Below, piece by piece: positions 52,911-62,556 of a stretch of 64,000 nucleotides of DNA. Location: IMG/VR virus record IMGVR_UViG_3300021335_000003; one strand, given 5' to 3'. The notes below the pieces were generated by a model. The model was not told the origin of the DNA and made no database searches. It saw only the letters and a list, made by a program, of their open reading frames with translations. Every line of letters begins with the position of its first letter. Within the stretch, counting starts at the first letter, position 1. This DNA comes from a virus. Both the position numbers and the translations under genes were made by a program.

Positions 52911-53933
52911 ATGCAATACGTGGATAAGAATAACTTATTTGAAATTCAAATAGATGTAACTAGCTATTGCAATAGTTATTGTGGTGCTTGTGTTAGAAAT
53001 ATAAAAGGCGGTCCTGTTAATCCAAACGTTATATTAGAGCATATTGATTGGAATGTTTGGAAAGATATTTGTACTTTTTGTGGCGAAAACAATGTCAAGC
53101 TAATGACATTTAATGGCAACTTTGGAGATATTTCTAGTCATCCTAATTATATTGAAATGTTAGAATATCTATATAAAAAAACAAAAAAGATTAAATTAAA
53201 TATTCACACAAATGGAGGTGCGAGATCGGAAAAATTTTGGAAAGATTTAGCTGGTTGTGTTAAAAAATTTCCTTCATCTATTGTAACTTTTAGTATAGAT
53301 GGATTAGAAGATACTAATCATATATATCGTCGAGGTACAGATTTTTCAAAAATTATTCATAACATGACCGCATATATAAAAAGCGGTGGTTTAGCTCGAT
53401 GGAGAATGATTGTATTTGATCATAATAAACATCAAATTCAACAAGCAAGTGATCTTGCAAAAAAACTAGGATGCTACGCTTTTTCTTTGAATAGAAGTTT
53501 TGATACTAATATCGAAGTAATGCAATACAGAACCTTTGATGCAGGATATATTACTTCTCCTAATCACGATGAAGTAAAAGTTTTATCAGCAAAATTTGAT
53601 TGGGAACTGAAATTAGATCAAGAAATGTCACAATACAAAGGTTTAGAAAAAAATGATACGTTATGTCCTTGGCAACAAGATAAAAAAATTCAAATTAATC
53701 AAATAGGAGAGGTATGGCCTTGTTGTTATTATAGTATGCACACAGGACGCCCTAACGATAGACGTAGATTTATTTGGTTTGATGAGCAATTAAAACAATA
53801 CCAAGAACATTTTAATAATATTAAATTTTATAAATTATCTCAAATTCTTGAGCATGAATTTTTTACTAAAGATTTGCAATATAGTTTTAAAAATAGTAAA
53901 ATGGGATTATGTAAAGAGAAATGTGGAGTGTAA
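52911..53933 (+). CDS. Radical SAM enzyme with C-terminal Twitch/SPASM-like domain (third paralog of the 40844 type)
   Basis: CNSYCGAC, NGNFGD, TNGG and FSIDGL; C-terminal CPW...WPCC...CKEKC; probable ATG at 52911. Confidence 0.88.
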   Translation: MQYVDKNNLFEIQIDVTSYCNSYCGACVRNIKGGPVNPNVILEHIDWNVWKDICTFCGENNVKLMTFNGNFGDISSHPNYIEMLEYLYKKTKKIKLNIHTNGGARSEKFWKDLAGCVKKFPSSIVTFSIDGLEDTNHIYRRGTDFSKIIHNMTAYIKSGGLARWRMIVFDHNKHQIQQASDLAKKLGCYAFSLNRSFDTNIEVMQYRTFDAGYITSPNHDEVKVLSAKFDWELKLDQEMSQYKGLEKNDTLCPWQQDKKIQINQIGEVWPCCYYSMHTGRPNDRRRFIWFDEQLKQYQEHFNNIKFYKLSQILEHEFFTKDLQYSFKNSKMGLCKEKCGV

Positions 53934-53934
53934 T

Positions 53935-54603
53935 ATGAAAGTTGTCTGTGTTGGATGTAGTTTTACTGATGGTTTATTACAATATCAAACTAAACATCAT
54001 GGAACATATCCATACATATTAGGTAGATTGTTACCTGAAGCAACTATATATAATCTTGGACATAAAGGAAGTGATAATTTATTTTCTTTAATTATGATAG
54101 AACAAGCAATAAAAGAAATTCAACCAGATGTTATTGTAAGGCAAGTTGCAAGTCCTCAAAGATTTTTTATTGTGAAACCAGATATAAATGTTAATTTTTT
54201 TGATTTTGTAAAAAATATAGTTCTAAACTATAATGCATTAGATAAAAAAAAGTTACAACATTTTATAAATTTTTTTACTCCTACTACCGGTGTAGGAAAA
54301 TTATATGATGAAAAAACGCAAGACAACCTAAGAAATATGCATTATAGGTATCATAATCTTATGTTATCTCAATATCAAACTGACGCATATTTAAATTACG
54401 GTGATATTTTAATGGAACAAAATAAAATCAAGAATGTTACTTTTTCATGGTTAAAAAACAATAAGTACAAAGACTGTGTTTCTATAGAAGAAACAATAGG
54501 ATTTAATAAAAATTACTTTTGCGACCCACAAGGGCATTTTAATGCAGAAGGTAACGCATTAGTAGCAGAGCAAGTAAAAAATATGATAATGGAAAAAAGA
54601 TGA
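53935..54603 (+). CDS. SGNH/GDSL-like hydrolase or acyltransferase
   Basis: MKVVCVGCSFTDG, 'NLGHKGSDN' and C-terminal DPQGHFNAEGN; probable ATG at 53935. Confidence 0.65.
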   Translation: MKVVCVGCSFTDGLLQYQTKHHGTYPYILGRLLPEATIYNLGHKGSDNLFSLIMIEQAIKEIQPDVIVRQVASPQRFFIVKPDINVNFFDFVKNIVLNYNALDKKKLQHFINFFTPTTGVGKLYDEKTQDNLRNMHYRYHNLMLSQYQTDAYLNYGDILMEQNKIKNVTFSWLKNNKYKDCVSIEETIGFNKNYFCDPQGHFNAEGNALVAEQVKNMIMEKR

Positions 54604-55769
54604 CAAAAGAAAAACAATTTGAATGTGGATTTTTATCTTCAGGTATATGGATAGGACCTGGAGCAAAAAATGTTATGCCCTGTTGTCATGTTAGTAAATT
54701 TGGTAATAGAAATAGTTTTGAAGAATTTGATAGTTTAATAAATCATCCTTCTCTTGTTGCAGTAAGAAAAGAAGCAGCACAAGGAAAAATACCTTCGATA
54801 TGTAATGATTGCGTATCAAAAGAAAAAGACGGTTTGTTTTCTCCTAGAAATAAAGCAAATAAATTTTTTAGTAATAAAGGCGTTGTAAAAGAAATCATCG
54901 ATTATACCGATGTAGAGCAAATTTATGTAAGTCTTTCAAACATTTGTAATTTTAAATGTGTTATGTGCAGTGGAGGTCAAAGTCATTTAATCGCTAAAGA
55001 AAGAAGTGCAGACTCTATTAGAGATCCTTTGTTAATGGTTAATGATGATAAATTTGAACAATTTATTGATGTTATAAAAAAAGCAAAAAATCTTAAAAAT
55101 ATTCAAGTTACAGGTGGCGAACCATTTCAACATAAAATTAGACTACGTAAATTATTAGAACATTTACCTAAAGACATATATTTTTATATGCACACCAATG
55201 GAAGTTTTTTTGATAAAGAAACACAGGAATTGTGTAAGATGATGGAAAGTTTTAGAGAGGCATCTGTAATTTTTAGTGTTGATGGTTATGAGAATTCTTT
55301 TGAATATCAAAGAACAAATGGTGTATGGAAAGACGTTTTGTATAATCTTGAACAATTCAATAAAGTAATTGACACAACAAAAGTAAAACCTAGATTAGGA
55401 TATACAGTAACGTGTTTTAATGTAATTGATGTAGTAAATTTTATTAAAAATTATCATTATCTTTTTGACAGACTAGATTTTCATCCAATAAGAAAACCTG
55501 AAGAATATGTGATTGGAATGTTAAACCAAGATACATTAGAAAAAACTTATGACGAATTGAAAAACTTTTTACAAAACATTAACGATGATGTAAAAAATAA
55601 AATTCATGTAAAAGAAGTTTTAGTAAATTTAGAAAATTACATAAACAATAACGTTTCTGAGACTAATATTGAACAGTTTTGGAAAACCGCCAAATATATG
55701 ACAGAAGTAAGAGGTATCAATTTAGAAACAAAATTGCCTTCTTTAATAAAAAAATTAAGGACAGTATAA
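54600..55769 (+). CDS. Radical SAM enzyme with N-terminal Twitch/SPASM-like domain
   Basis: FEC...PCC...CNDC, then CNFKCVMC, TGGEP and FSVDG. Confidence 0.9.
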   Translation: MTKEKQFECGFLSSGIWIGPGAKNVMPCCHVSKFGNRNSFEEFDSLINHPSLVAVRKEAAQGKIPSICNDCVSKEKDGLFSPRNKANKFFSNKGVVKEIIDYTDVEQIYVSLSNICNFKCVMCSGGQSHLIAKERSADSIRDPLLMVNDDKFEQFIDVIKKAKNLKNIQVTGGEPFQHKIRLRKLLEHLPKDIYFYMHTNGSFFDKETQELCKMMESFREASVIFSVDGYENSFEYQRTNGVWKDVLYNLEQFNKVIDTTKVKPRLGYTVTCFNVIDVVNFIKNYHYLFDRLDFHPIRKPEEYVIGMLNQDTLEKTYDELKNFLQNINDDVKNKIHVKEVLVNLENYINNNVSETNIEQFWKTAKYMTEVRGINLETKLPSLIKKLRTV

Positions 55770-56536
55770 TGAATTTTGATAAAATAGTATTATTAGGAAC
55801 AAGTCATACTTTACCAGAATTCAATTCTATTCAAACTGAAGTAACTGAAAATTTTGATATAGAATTTGATAATCACGCTGTAAGTTCTTTAGGAATTGAT
55901 AGTTATTTTTTAAGAATGCAAATGATTTTTGAAAATAACAAAGAAAAAAAATTATTACTACTTGCAGAAATTCCATGTGGTGGAAGGTATCATGAATTTT
56001 ATCATAATAATGATAAAGATTATTCAAAATGGAGTATGCTAAAAAAAGAGTTTTGGGGTATTCACGGAGAATATTGTACATTAAAACATGGAAAATATCC
56101 TAATTACATTACATATTTTAATGTAGCTAAATTATTTAATGCTAAACATACTTTAGTAGATTCATCGATTACAAAAGCACTTTTAAAACTCAAAACTTTA
56201 TCTGATAGGCGTATGGAAGACGAAAATTCTGTTGCACAAATTTTAGCTTTAAATGCATTTGCCAAAAATACAGGAAATGAAATAATTTGGTTTAGTTTTA
56301 ACAATCATCTTATTAAGGAAAAACAGGTAAAAAAAGATTTTGAAAAATATTCAGTTAATCTTGTAACAAAAATTGTTTTAGAAGAATGCTTATGTGAAAA
56401 GTATGGATACAATGACGTCATAGAAATGAAAAAAAATTCTGAAATATATCCCGATGGTAGTCACATCACAAGACAGGATTGGAAATTTTTAGCAAATAAA
56501 TTTTTTATACCTTTGCTAAAAGATAAATTGACGTAA
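55769..56536 (+). CDS. SGNH/GDSL-like hydrolase or acyltransferase
   Basis: IVLLGTSHT, 'NHAVSSLG' and C-terminal PDGSH; ATG at 55769 (TAATG coupling). Confidence 0.55.
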   Translation: MNFDKIVLLGTSHTLPEFNSIQTEVTENFDIEFDNHAVSSLGIDSYFLRMQMIFENNKEKKLLLLAEIPCGGRYHEFYHNNDKDYSKWSMLKKEFWGIHGEYCTLKHGKYPNYITYFNVAKLFNAKHTLVDSSITKALLKLKTLSDRRMEDENSVAQILALNAFAKNTGNEIIWFSFNNHLIKEKQVKKDFEKYSVNLVTKIVLEECLCEKYGYNDVIEMKKNSEIYPDGSHITRQDWKFLANKFFIPLLKDKLT

Positions 56537-56556
56537 GTAAGAATAGATGTTATAAT
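56528..56556 (+). promoter_or_regulatory. Sigma70-type promoter TTGACG-N17-TATAAT (likely leaderless transcript)
   Basis: -35 at 56528-56533, -10 at 56551-56556, ATG at 56562, no SD. Confidence 0.7.
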
Positions 56557-56561
56557 TAAGA

Positions 56562-57674
56562 ATGAACGAAAATTTAAAATGGTCAAATTATGACTTCACT
56601 AAAATACCGTTTGATGATATTGTCAGTGTTGGCCAACGTACTCTTTTGTATCGTGATATATTTACAGTATCTTGGTTGTTAGGCAGATTTTGTAACTATA
56701 GATGTAGTTACTGCTGGCCCTATGCAAGAAGTGATAGGAAAGATCATAGACCAACTGAATTATGTTTAAAAACAATTGATGAAATAAAAAGGCAAGCACG
56801 TGAAAACAGTTTTAACAGTTTCCATTTTAGCCTTAGTGGCGGCGAGCCAACTTTCCATCCTGGTTACTTAGATATTTTACAGCATCTTGCCGATGATGTT
56901 GATAATACCAATTATACCTCTGTCCATATGACATCAAACTGTAGCCGTCCAATGAGTTGGTTTGAAGATTATGTAGAACGTGTAAAGCTATTTCATAGAG
57001 CAAGTATTACAGCCAGCCTACATACAGAACACTTAAATACTCGTGAGAAGATGCAAGACTTTGCAGACAAGTTGATATTGTGTCAGGAGCATGATGTACA
57101 GGTTACGATCAATATGGTTATGGTTCCGGACTGGTTTGAGCGTGATTGGGAAAACGCTCTATTCTTTCATGAGCAAGGTATTAATGTCACCCTTAAACCG
57201 CAGTCCGACCCTACGGCGTCAAGAATCGTTGAAGGATACAAAGAAGAAGATTTGAAACGTTTATGGAATGGTATGCCACAACGTGCATACACAGAAAGCA
57301 AACGTGTATGGGCAGAACGTCCAAAGCCAAAGTTTGAAATACCCAAAGATGCATATCACAAACCAGATGCAAGTGTTCCATGGCATTTCCAAGTAGAGTT
57401 TAGAGACAAAGACGGTAAAGCATGGTATATGGATCAAGCAGAACGTTTTAATGCTTTCAACTTTAACAAGTTTAAAGGCTGGAGTTGTAATGCTGGTTAT
57501 CAAGGTATTATCATTCGTGAGCCTGATGGTAGTGTAAAACGTTCATACAGTTGCCATGATGTTCCAATTGGCAATATAGAAACTGGATTTAAACTATTTG
57601 ATAAACCAATGCCTTGTATTACAGAAAGTTGTGTAAGTAGTGCAGATAGTAAAATACCAAAAAGAAAGTTATAA
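56562..57674 (+). CDS. Radical SAM enzyme (paralog type of 51141-52277)
   Basis: WLLGRFCNYRCSYC and LSGGEP; C-terminal FKGWSC...SC...PCITESC. Confidence 0.9.
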   Translation: MNENLKWSNYDFTKIPFDDIVSVGQRTLLYRDIFTVSWLLGRFCNYRCSYCWPYARSDRKDHRPTELCLKTIDEIKRQARENSFNSFHFSLSGGEPTFHPGYLDILQHLADDVDNTNYTSVHMTSNCSRPMSWFEDYVERVKLFHRASITASLHTEHLNTREKMQDFADKLILCQEHDVQVTINMVMVPDWFERDWENALFFHEQGINVTLKPQSDPTASRIVEGYKEEDLKRLWNGMPQRAYTESKRVWAERPKPKFEIPKDAYHKPDASVPWHFQVEFRDKDGKAWYMDQAERFNAFNFNKFKGWSCNAGYQGIIIREPDGSVKRSYSCHDVPIGNIETGFKLFDKPMPCITESCVSSADSKIPKRKL

Positions 57675-59222
57675 CATTTGCCAAAATTCATGTGTTTGAC
57701 GGTTAGGATCACTTTCCCAACCTAGTACTTGTTTTACATATTCATCTTCTAATTTTAGATCCGTGCTGTGTTCTAATTTATGTATTTTATTTACAATGTC
57801 TCTATCTTCAACATCACCTACTAGTTGTCCACCAGTGCCATAAACACTATTAGTTCCTAACCCAAATTCTTCAGCCCATTTTATCAAATCTTTACGTCTT
57901 GCGTTTCGGATTTTCATATTGTTTATTTCTTTTCCGTTAGTTACTACCCAATCTCCGTTATCATCTACATAGTATTCAAACATATTTTCATAAAACACAG
58001 GAGAACCCGGAAATACTAACATTGTAGTCCCAACTTCGATTTGTTTGATAGGATTGCCTGCAAATTGTCTGTTATTTTTCATCCATTCATAATTTTCTTT
58101 ATGATGTTTTTCTAGTTCGCCAGGATAACCCACAATCATTAAGAGTACTAAATTTATTTTATATTTTTTGTAATGTTCTAAATTTTCATGCATTATTTTG
58201 TTAGAGAATTTTTTACGCATATGATCACGCACTTCTTCGCTAAAACTTTCAACTCCAATAATCATGCTATGCCATCTTGCTTTTCGCATTTTTTTAAATA
58301 TACGTTCAGGCATTCTTTTAAATATTGCAAGCCCTTGCATTCCTTTAAATGGCGAACCCGCAGCAATAATTAGATCAAGTAACTCTTCAAATTGTTTTGT
58401 GTTACCATTTACTAAGCTATCATAAAAGAAAAACCTATCAATGCCATAAGTATTTTTGTAGTGCATCATTTCGTCAAATATGTTTTGTGCGCTACGCCAA
58501 CGGAATTTGGGCCAATATGCTTCTACATCACAAAATGTACATTTTCTAACACAGCCTCTACTACCAATAATTGCTAGTTCGTTACGCTTTTTATATTTTA
58601 CATCTCTTACTTGATCACCTACAGGAGAACCTCCTGTGTATTGTGTTACATCTAAACCTGTATAGTCTGGAATTGCCAGATTGTCTAAATTGTCTATTTG
58701 TTTTGTTTTTATTATACCAGGTTTATATTTTCCTTTTACAATATCAGGTAACACTTCCTCACCTTCACTTAACACTACAAAATCTGCAAGACCCATTTCT
58801 ATTATATGTTTGCCGTATTGTGTCATAGGAGCACCTCCTGCAATTATAAGTTTTGCAGGGTCTAATTTTTTAACTTCTGTAGCAAGTTTTTTAAATGTAG
58901 GCAAACTTCTATGACTAAAACAACTTATACCAATATGTGTATGATTTGTAGAAACAATTTCTTTTGCCCAAGAACATATTTCGTCATCGTACATTTCTTC
59001 GCAAAACTGTTTAAATTCTTCACCTTTAAACAATGTTTGATCTGTTTCTAACCAAATACTGTGCCATTTGTCTGTGTGTATTGTTTTTTGCCATAAGTCA
59101 AAATTAAAGTCACGTATTTGTACATCTACTCCATGCTTTTTACAAGCGCCTTGTAAAAAACCAAGACTCAAAGGTGGCACATTTACACTGTGCTTTGGTA
59201 TTACACATAAAAATAAACTCAC
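57669..59222 (-). CDS. Cobalamin (B12)-binding radical SAM enzyme (class B methyltransferase-like)
   Basis: PPLSLGFL, 'IGISCFS', IIAGGA, 'EGEE', SRGCVRKCTFC, 'IGVESFS' and 'IVGYPGE'. Confidence 0.9.
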   Translation of the reverse strand: MSLFLCVIPKHSVNVPPLSLGFLQGACKKHGVDVQIRDFNFDLWQKTIHTDKWHSIWLETDQTLFKGEEFKQFCEEMYDDEICSWAKEIVSTNHTHIGISCFSHRSLPTFKKLATEVKKLDPAKLIIAGGAPMTQYGKHIIEMGLADFVVLSEGEEVLPDIVKGKYKPGIIKTKQIDNLDNLAIPDYTGLDVTQYTGGSPVGDQVRDVKYKKRNELAIIGSRGCVRKCTFCDVEAYWPKFRWRSAQNIFDEMMHYKNTYGIDRFFFYDSLVNGNTKQFEELLDLIIAAGSPFKGMQGLAIFKRMPERIFKKMRKARWHSMIIGVESFSEEVRDHMRKKFSNKIMHENLEHYKKYKINLVLLMIVGYPGELEKHHKENYEWMKNNRQFAGNPIKQIEVGTTMLVFPGSPVFYENMFEYYVDDNGDWVVTNGKEINNMKIRNARRKDLIKWAEEFGLGTNSVYGTGGQLVGDVEDRDIVNKIHKLEHSTDLKLEDEYVKQVLGWESDPNRQTHEFWQML

Positions 59223-60415
59223 ACGTTATCCCAAATCATTTTATCATTACACATTTTAAAAAGTATTCCTGTACGTGTATTTAATAAACTTGCGTGTTCG
59301 CCTACGTGTTCAACAGCAACATTTACAAAGTAAGCTCTTCCTGGTTTAAACATATATTCAACACGTTTTTCAAACGTCATTTTCATTTCAGCAAATGGAA
59401 TTATAATTCTAAATCCTTGTGTTGTATAATCTTCGTGATCCTTATGAGATTTTGTTTTCCATCCTTTGTGAGTAGTAATATAATTTACTCTGCATATATC
59501 ATCAAACTTATCTAACAAATCTCTAGTAGCAGGACCTACTGACTCTTTTAATTCTAAACTTCCTGGTTTGTTTAAACTTACACCTTGATATACACTACTT
59601 CTAAATCCCAGGTATGTCATTAAAATTATGTTTATACTTGGACTTATTACAAAATCATTTAGGCGTTTAAGCATATAATTATCTTTTTTATCAAAATCAT
59701 CAAATTCTTTTTGTAGAACATCTACATCTACAGATAATCCTAAATCTACAACATAAGGATATTTTTCTGGTTGTGTAGGATATTTTGCTTTTACAGGTAA
59801 AGTTTCCTCATTTTTCATTTCAAGAAGATATGGATCGTATTTTTTAAAAAGTTTTTCAAAATCTATACTAAAAATATGTTGATCTACACCATTAAGACTT
59901 TTTATACCTTTGTAATCAAATTCTTGATGCAAGATGTTTCCTGCTACATCTGCATAGCCTTTGTGTTTTAAAGCCCGCACTTGTGCAGTCATTTTTCTGT
60001 TATACTCATATACAGTTAATATTAATTCTTTTTTACCTAACTCGCAAGCTCTTATGGATTGATGTGTTAAAAACCCAAATTCTTTGAAATTTAAACTTCT
60101 AAATTTTGCTCTTTTAGATTTAAGTGTATATGTTAAATATCCACCTCTATAAGTGTTGTTATCAATTTCATATCCTGCACTAATCGCAACATTAGGCATC
60201 AACCACACTTTATCTATTTTTTCATCGTTCCATTTTACATTAGATGCTTTATATGCATTCTGATATTCTTCTTCGCTTAGTTTATTATTTGTTATTCTTT
60301 TTAGTTTGTTTAAGCCATAATTCATATAACTTAAAGGCAAATTTAAATCTTCTTCAAATATTTTTTCTCTAAATTTAGTAATTTTAGGATCATCTTTATC
60401 TAACATAATTATCAT
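59219..60415 (-). CDS. Two-domain protein: unknown (possibly GNAT-like) N-terminus plus C-terminal Asp/Asn beta-hydroxylase-like Fe(II)/2OG oxygenase
   Basis: C-terminal 'RVNY...SHKDH...RIIIP...GRAYFVNVAVEH...R' HxD...H facial triad, similar to 63039-63752. Confidence 0.6.
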   Translation of the reverse strand: MIIMLDKDDPKITKFREKIFEEDLNLPLSYMNYGLNKLKRITNNKLSEEEYQNAYKASNVKWNDEKIDKVWLMPNVAISAGYEIDNNTYRGGYLTYTLKSKRAKFRSLNFKEFGFLTHQSIRACELGKKELILTVYEYNRKMTAQVRALKHKGYADVAGNILHQEFDYKGIKSLNGVDQHIFSIDFEKLFKKYDPYLLEMKNEETLPVKAKYPTQPEKYPYVVDLGLSVDVDVLQKEFDDFDKKDNYMLKRLNDFVISPSINIILMTYLGFRSSVYQGVSLNKPGSLELKESVGPATRDLLDKFDDICRVNYITTHKGWKTKSHKDHEDYTTQGFRIIIPFAEMKMTFEKRVEYMFKPGRAYFVNVAVEHVGEHASLLNTRTGILFKMCNDKMIWDNV

Positions 60416-61173
60416 TTTAAAGATTCCTTTTTCATCAAAAACTTTTCAATAATCCAACCATCTAAGTCCCATTCCCACCATTTGACTTTTGTAGTATAAC
60501 TGCCAGGATTAGCATGATGATTGTTATGCCATCCGCTTCCACCAAAAGTTGCATAAAGATTTACCCACCAATTATTTGTGCTTTGGTCTTTTGTTTCAAA
60601 ATTTCTATATCCAAATTTATGACATAGTATGTTTATTGCTGCACCACTTAAAAGTCCTGTTGCTCCTGGAATAGCAAATAGATAAATTGCAATACGTGGA
60701 TCTATAATAAATGCAACTATTAATGTTAAATACCAAATTGTAAAGTACCAATCACGCAAAAATTTATGAAATGGATTTCGTAGCAAATCTCTAACTACAC
60801 TAGGATTTACTGGAACTTTATCATTTAACCAAAAAAATGTTTTCCAAGTTTCTGAAGCAGGATGAGGATCACCTTCCCTATCACTGTTTTTATGATGTAC
60901 TCTATGATTAGCCGTCCAAGTTAAACTAGGACCAAAACCACCATATACTCCTAAGAATGTTAAAATGTTTTCTACTGTTCTGCTTGTAGTAAAACTTCTA
61001 TGCGATAGTAATCTATGATAACCAATTTCTAAACCTAAATTAGCAAATATATATTTTCCAAACACAGATAACAGTAGCCATATAGGATCCCAATAAAATA
61101 TTAAACCAATAATGCTTGTTATGTAAAGCACTGATTGTAAAAATAATAGTTTTTGATGAAAAGTTTTTAACAT
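60412..61173 (-). CDS. Membrane fatty-acid desaturase (delta-9/OLE1/DesC-like)
   Basis: His boxes HRLLSH, HRVHH and HNNHH; 'SDREGDPH'; hydrophobic TM segments. Confidence 0.9.
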   Translation of the reverse strand: MLKTFHQKLLFLQSVLYITSIIGLIFYWDPIWLLLSVFGKYIFANLGLEIGYHRLLSHRSFTTSRTVENILTFLGVYGGFGPSLTWTANHRVHHKNSDREGDPHPASETWKTFFWLNDKVPVNPSVVRDLLRNPFHKFLRDWYFTIWYLTLIVAFIIDPRIAIYLFAIPGATGLLSGAAINILCHKFGYRNFETKDQSTNNWWVNLYATFGGSGWHNNHHANPGSYTTKVKWWEWDLDGWIIEKFLMKKESLK

Positions 61174-61176
61174 TTT

Positions 61177-61974
61177 TTAACCTTCTAAATATAAATCTAC
61201 TTCTTCTGATCCTTGTATGTGTAATGCATAACTGTTTGATTGTTTTGCTTTTACAATTTGTTCTTGTAATGTATGCTTCAACTGTCTTTTTACATTTGCA
61301 TCTTTATATTGTATATAGTTTGTAGGATGAAATACATCGCTTTGATAAATTGAAACTTGTTCGCTATGTGTAGTATATCCATTGACATCGCAGAATTTTT
61401 TTGCAACATGTGTTGTTAGCATAGGTCCATTACCATAATCTACATAACTAAATCTTTTATCTACAGGCAAGTCTAATTGTTCTAAAAAAGCATCAAGCAT
61501 TTCATTTATAAATTTTCCTCTTGGCTCACTGCCTATTAAATTATTACAAAGGTATATGTCTGTATTGTAAAAATTATAAACATTTACAAAGTTCTTTACG
61601 CAATCTCTTAAACTTAAACCTGTTGGTGTTTTTTTAAGTTTTTTATTTTCTGGTATATGCGGAAATTGATATGTGCAAAAAGCAGGAGTACTTAAAAAAT
61701 TTTTTATATCTTTTAAAAACATAACATCTAAATCTGCATACACTCCGCCATATTTTTTTAAAATGCATAATCTGACATAATCTGAAATCATGGTTGGACC
61801 ATAGTGTTTTTTTAAATACTTGTAGGTTTTGTCGTTTCTAAATTCTGCTTCTATATTTTCATCACGCCAATTAGTAATTCTAAAGTTTGGCATAGCATCA
61901 CGCCAAGTTGGCGTAAAATCAAAAGTAGGTATTTTTTCACCTATCCAAACATTATGTAGAACACTAGGTATCAT
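61177..61974 (-). CDS. Glycosyltransferase, GT32/OCH1-like (DxD sugar-binding)
   Basis: MIPSVLHNVWIG, SDYVRL..L..YGGVYADLDV and 'GPMLTT'. Confidence 0.85.
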   Translation of the reverse strand: MIPSVLHNVWIGEKIPTFDFTPTWRDAMPNFRITNWRDENIEAEFRNDKTYKYLKKHYGPTMISDYVRLCILKKYGGVYADLDVMFLKDIKNFLSTPAFCTYQFPHIPENKKLKKTPTGLSLRDCVKNFVNVYNFYNTDIYLCNNLIGSEPRGKFINEMLDAFLEQLDLPVDKRFSYVDYGNGPMLTTHVAKKFCDVNGYTTHSEQVSIYQSDVFHPTNYIQYKDANVKRQLKHTLQEQIVKAKQSNSYALHIQGSEEVDLYLEG

Positions 61975-62554
61975 GTAAAATTCTATCTAATTCGTTAAAT
62001 GATATATTTGATTGCCAATTACAAGCAACTCTATAATGATTATCAGGATGATCAGGTATAAGTTCATATGCCCCATGAAGTATTTTTGTATTCATAATAT
62101 GAGGAGTTGACATATTATGCACTTCAGCAGGTTCAAACCAATCGCAATGTTGAATTGTGTATTCTATACCACCTGGAGCAATCCTATCTACATCATAAAT
62201 TTTGTCCTTAGGAGGATCATAAAATGCTGTACCTGCCCCTTCACTATGTACAACAGGAAAAAATAAACTACCTTCTTTATCGTGATTATGTGGCTCACAT
62301 TGATAAAGCTGCTTCGACGGATCATTATAAGATAAAAATAAAATACCTGGCGTCAAATTAAGAGAATTTTTAAATTCAGATAAAATAGGAAATTTATCGT
62401 ACATAATTTTTAGAGTTTCTTCAGTAGATCCTGCATAATGCATATATTTGTACCTACCTTGAAAACGTTTGTCATTTTGCACAAGATTCCATACACCTTT
62501 AATTGCTTCAAATACATCATGTATAATAGGATTATCAATTTCTTTCACATACAT
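61964..62554 (-). CDS. Hypothetical protein, possibly cupin/2OG-Fe(II) oxygenase-like
   Basis: 'PHNH...LFFPV...GTAFY...PHIMNTKILHG...RVA' pattern. Confidence 0.45.
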   Translation of the reverse strand: MYVKEIDNPIIHDVFEAIKGVWNLVQNDKRFQGRYKYMHYAGSTEETLKIMYDKFPILSEFKNSLNLTPGILFLSYNDPSKQLYQCEPHNHDKEGSLFFPVVHSEGAGTAFYDPPKDKIYDVDRIAPGGIEYTIQHCDWFEPAEVHNMSTPHIMNTKILHGAYELIPDHPDNHYRVACNWQSNISFNELDRILHDT

Positions 62555-62556
62555 AA

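Noticed and set aside
34072-57674. Classical RiPP (ranthipeptide/sactipeptide) cluster
   Set aside because: No clear leader-core or Cys-rich precursor, RRE/PqqD domain, peptidase or exporter is seen, and the companion enzymes are glycan/lipid types. It is not fully excluded (see the 74-aa ORF).
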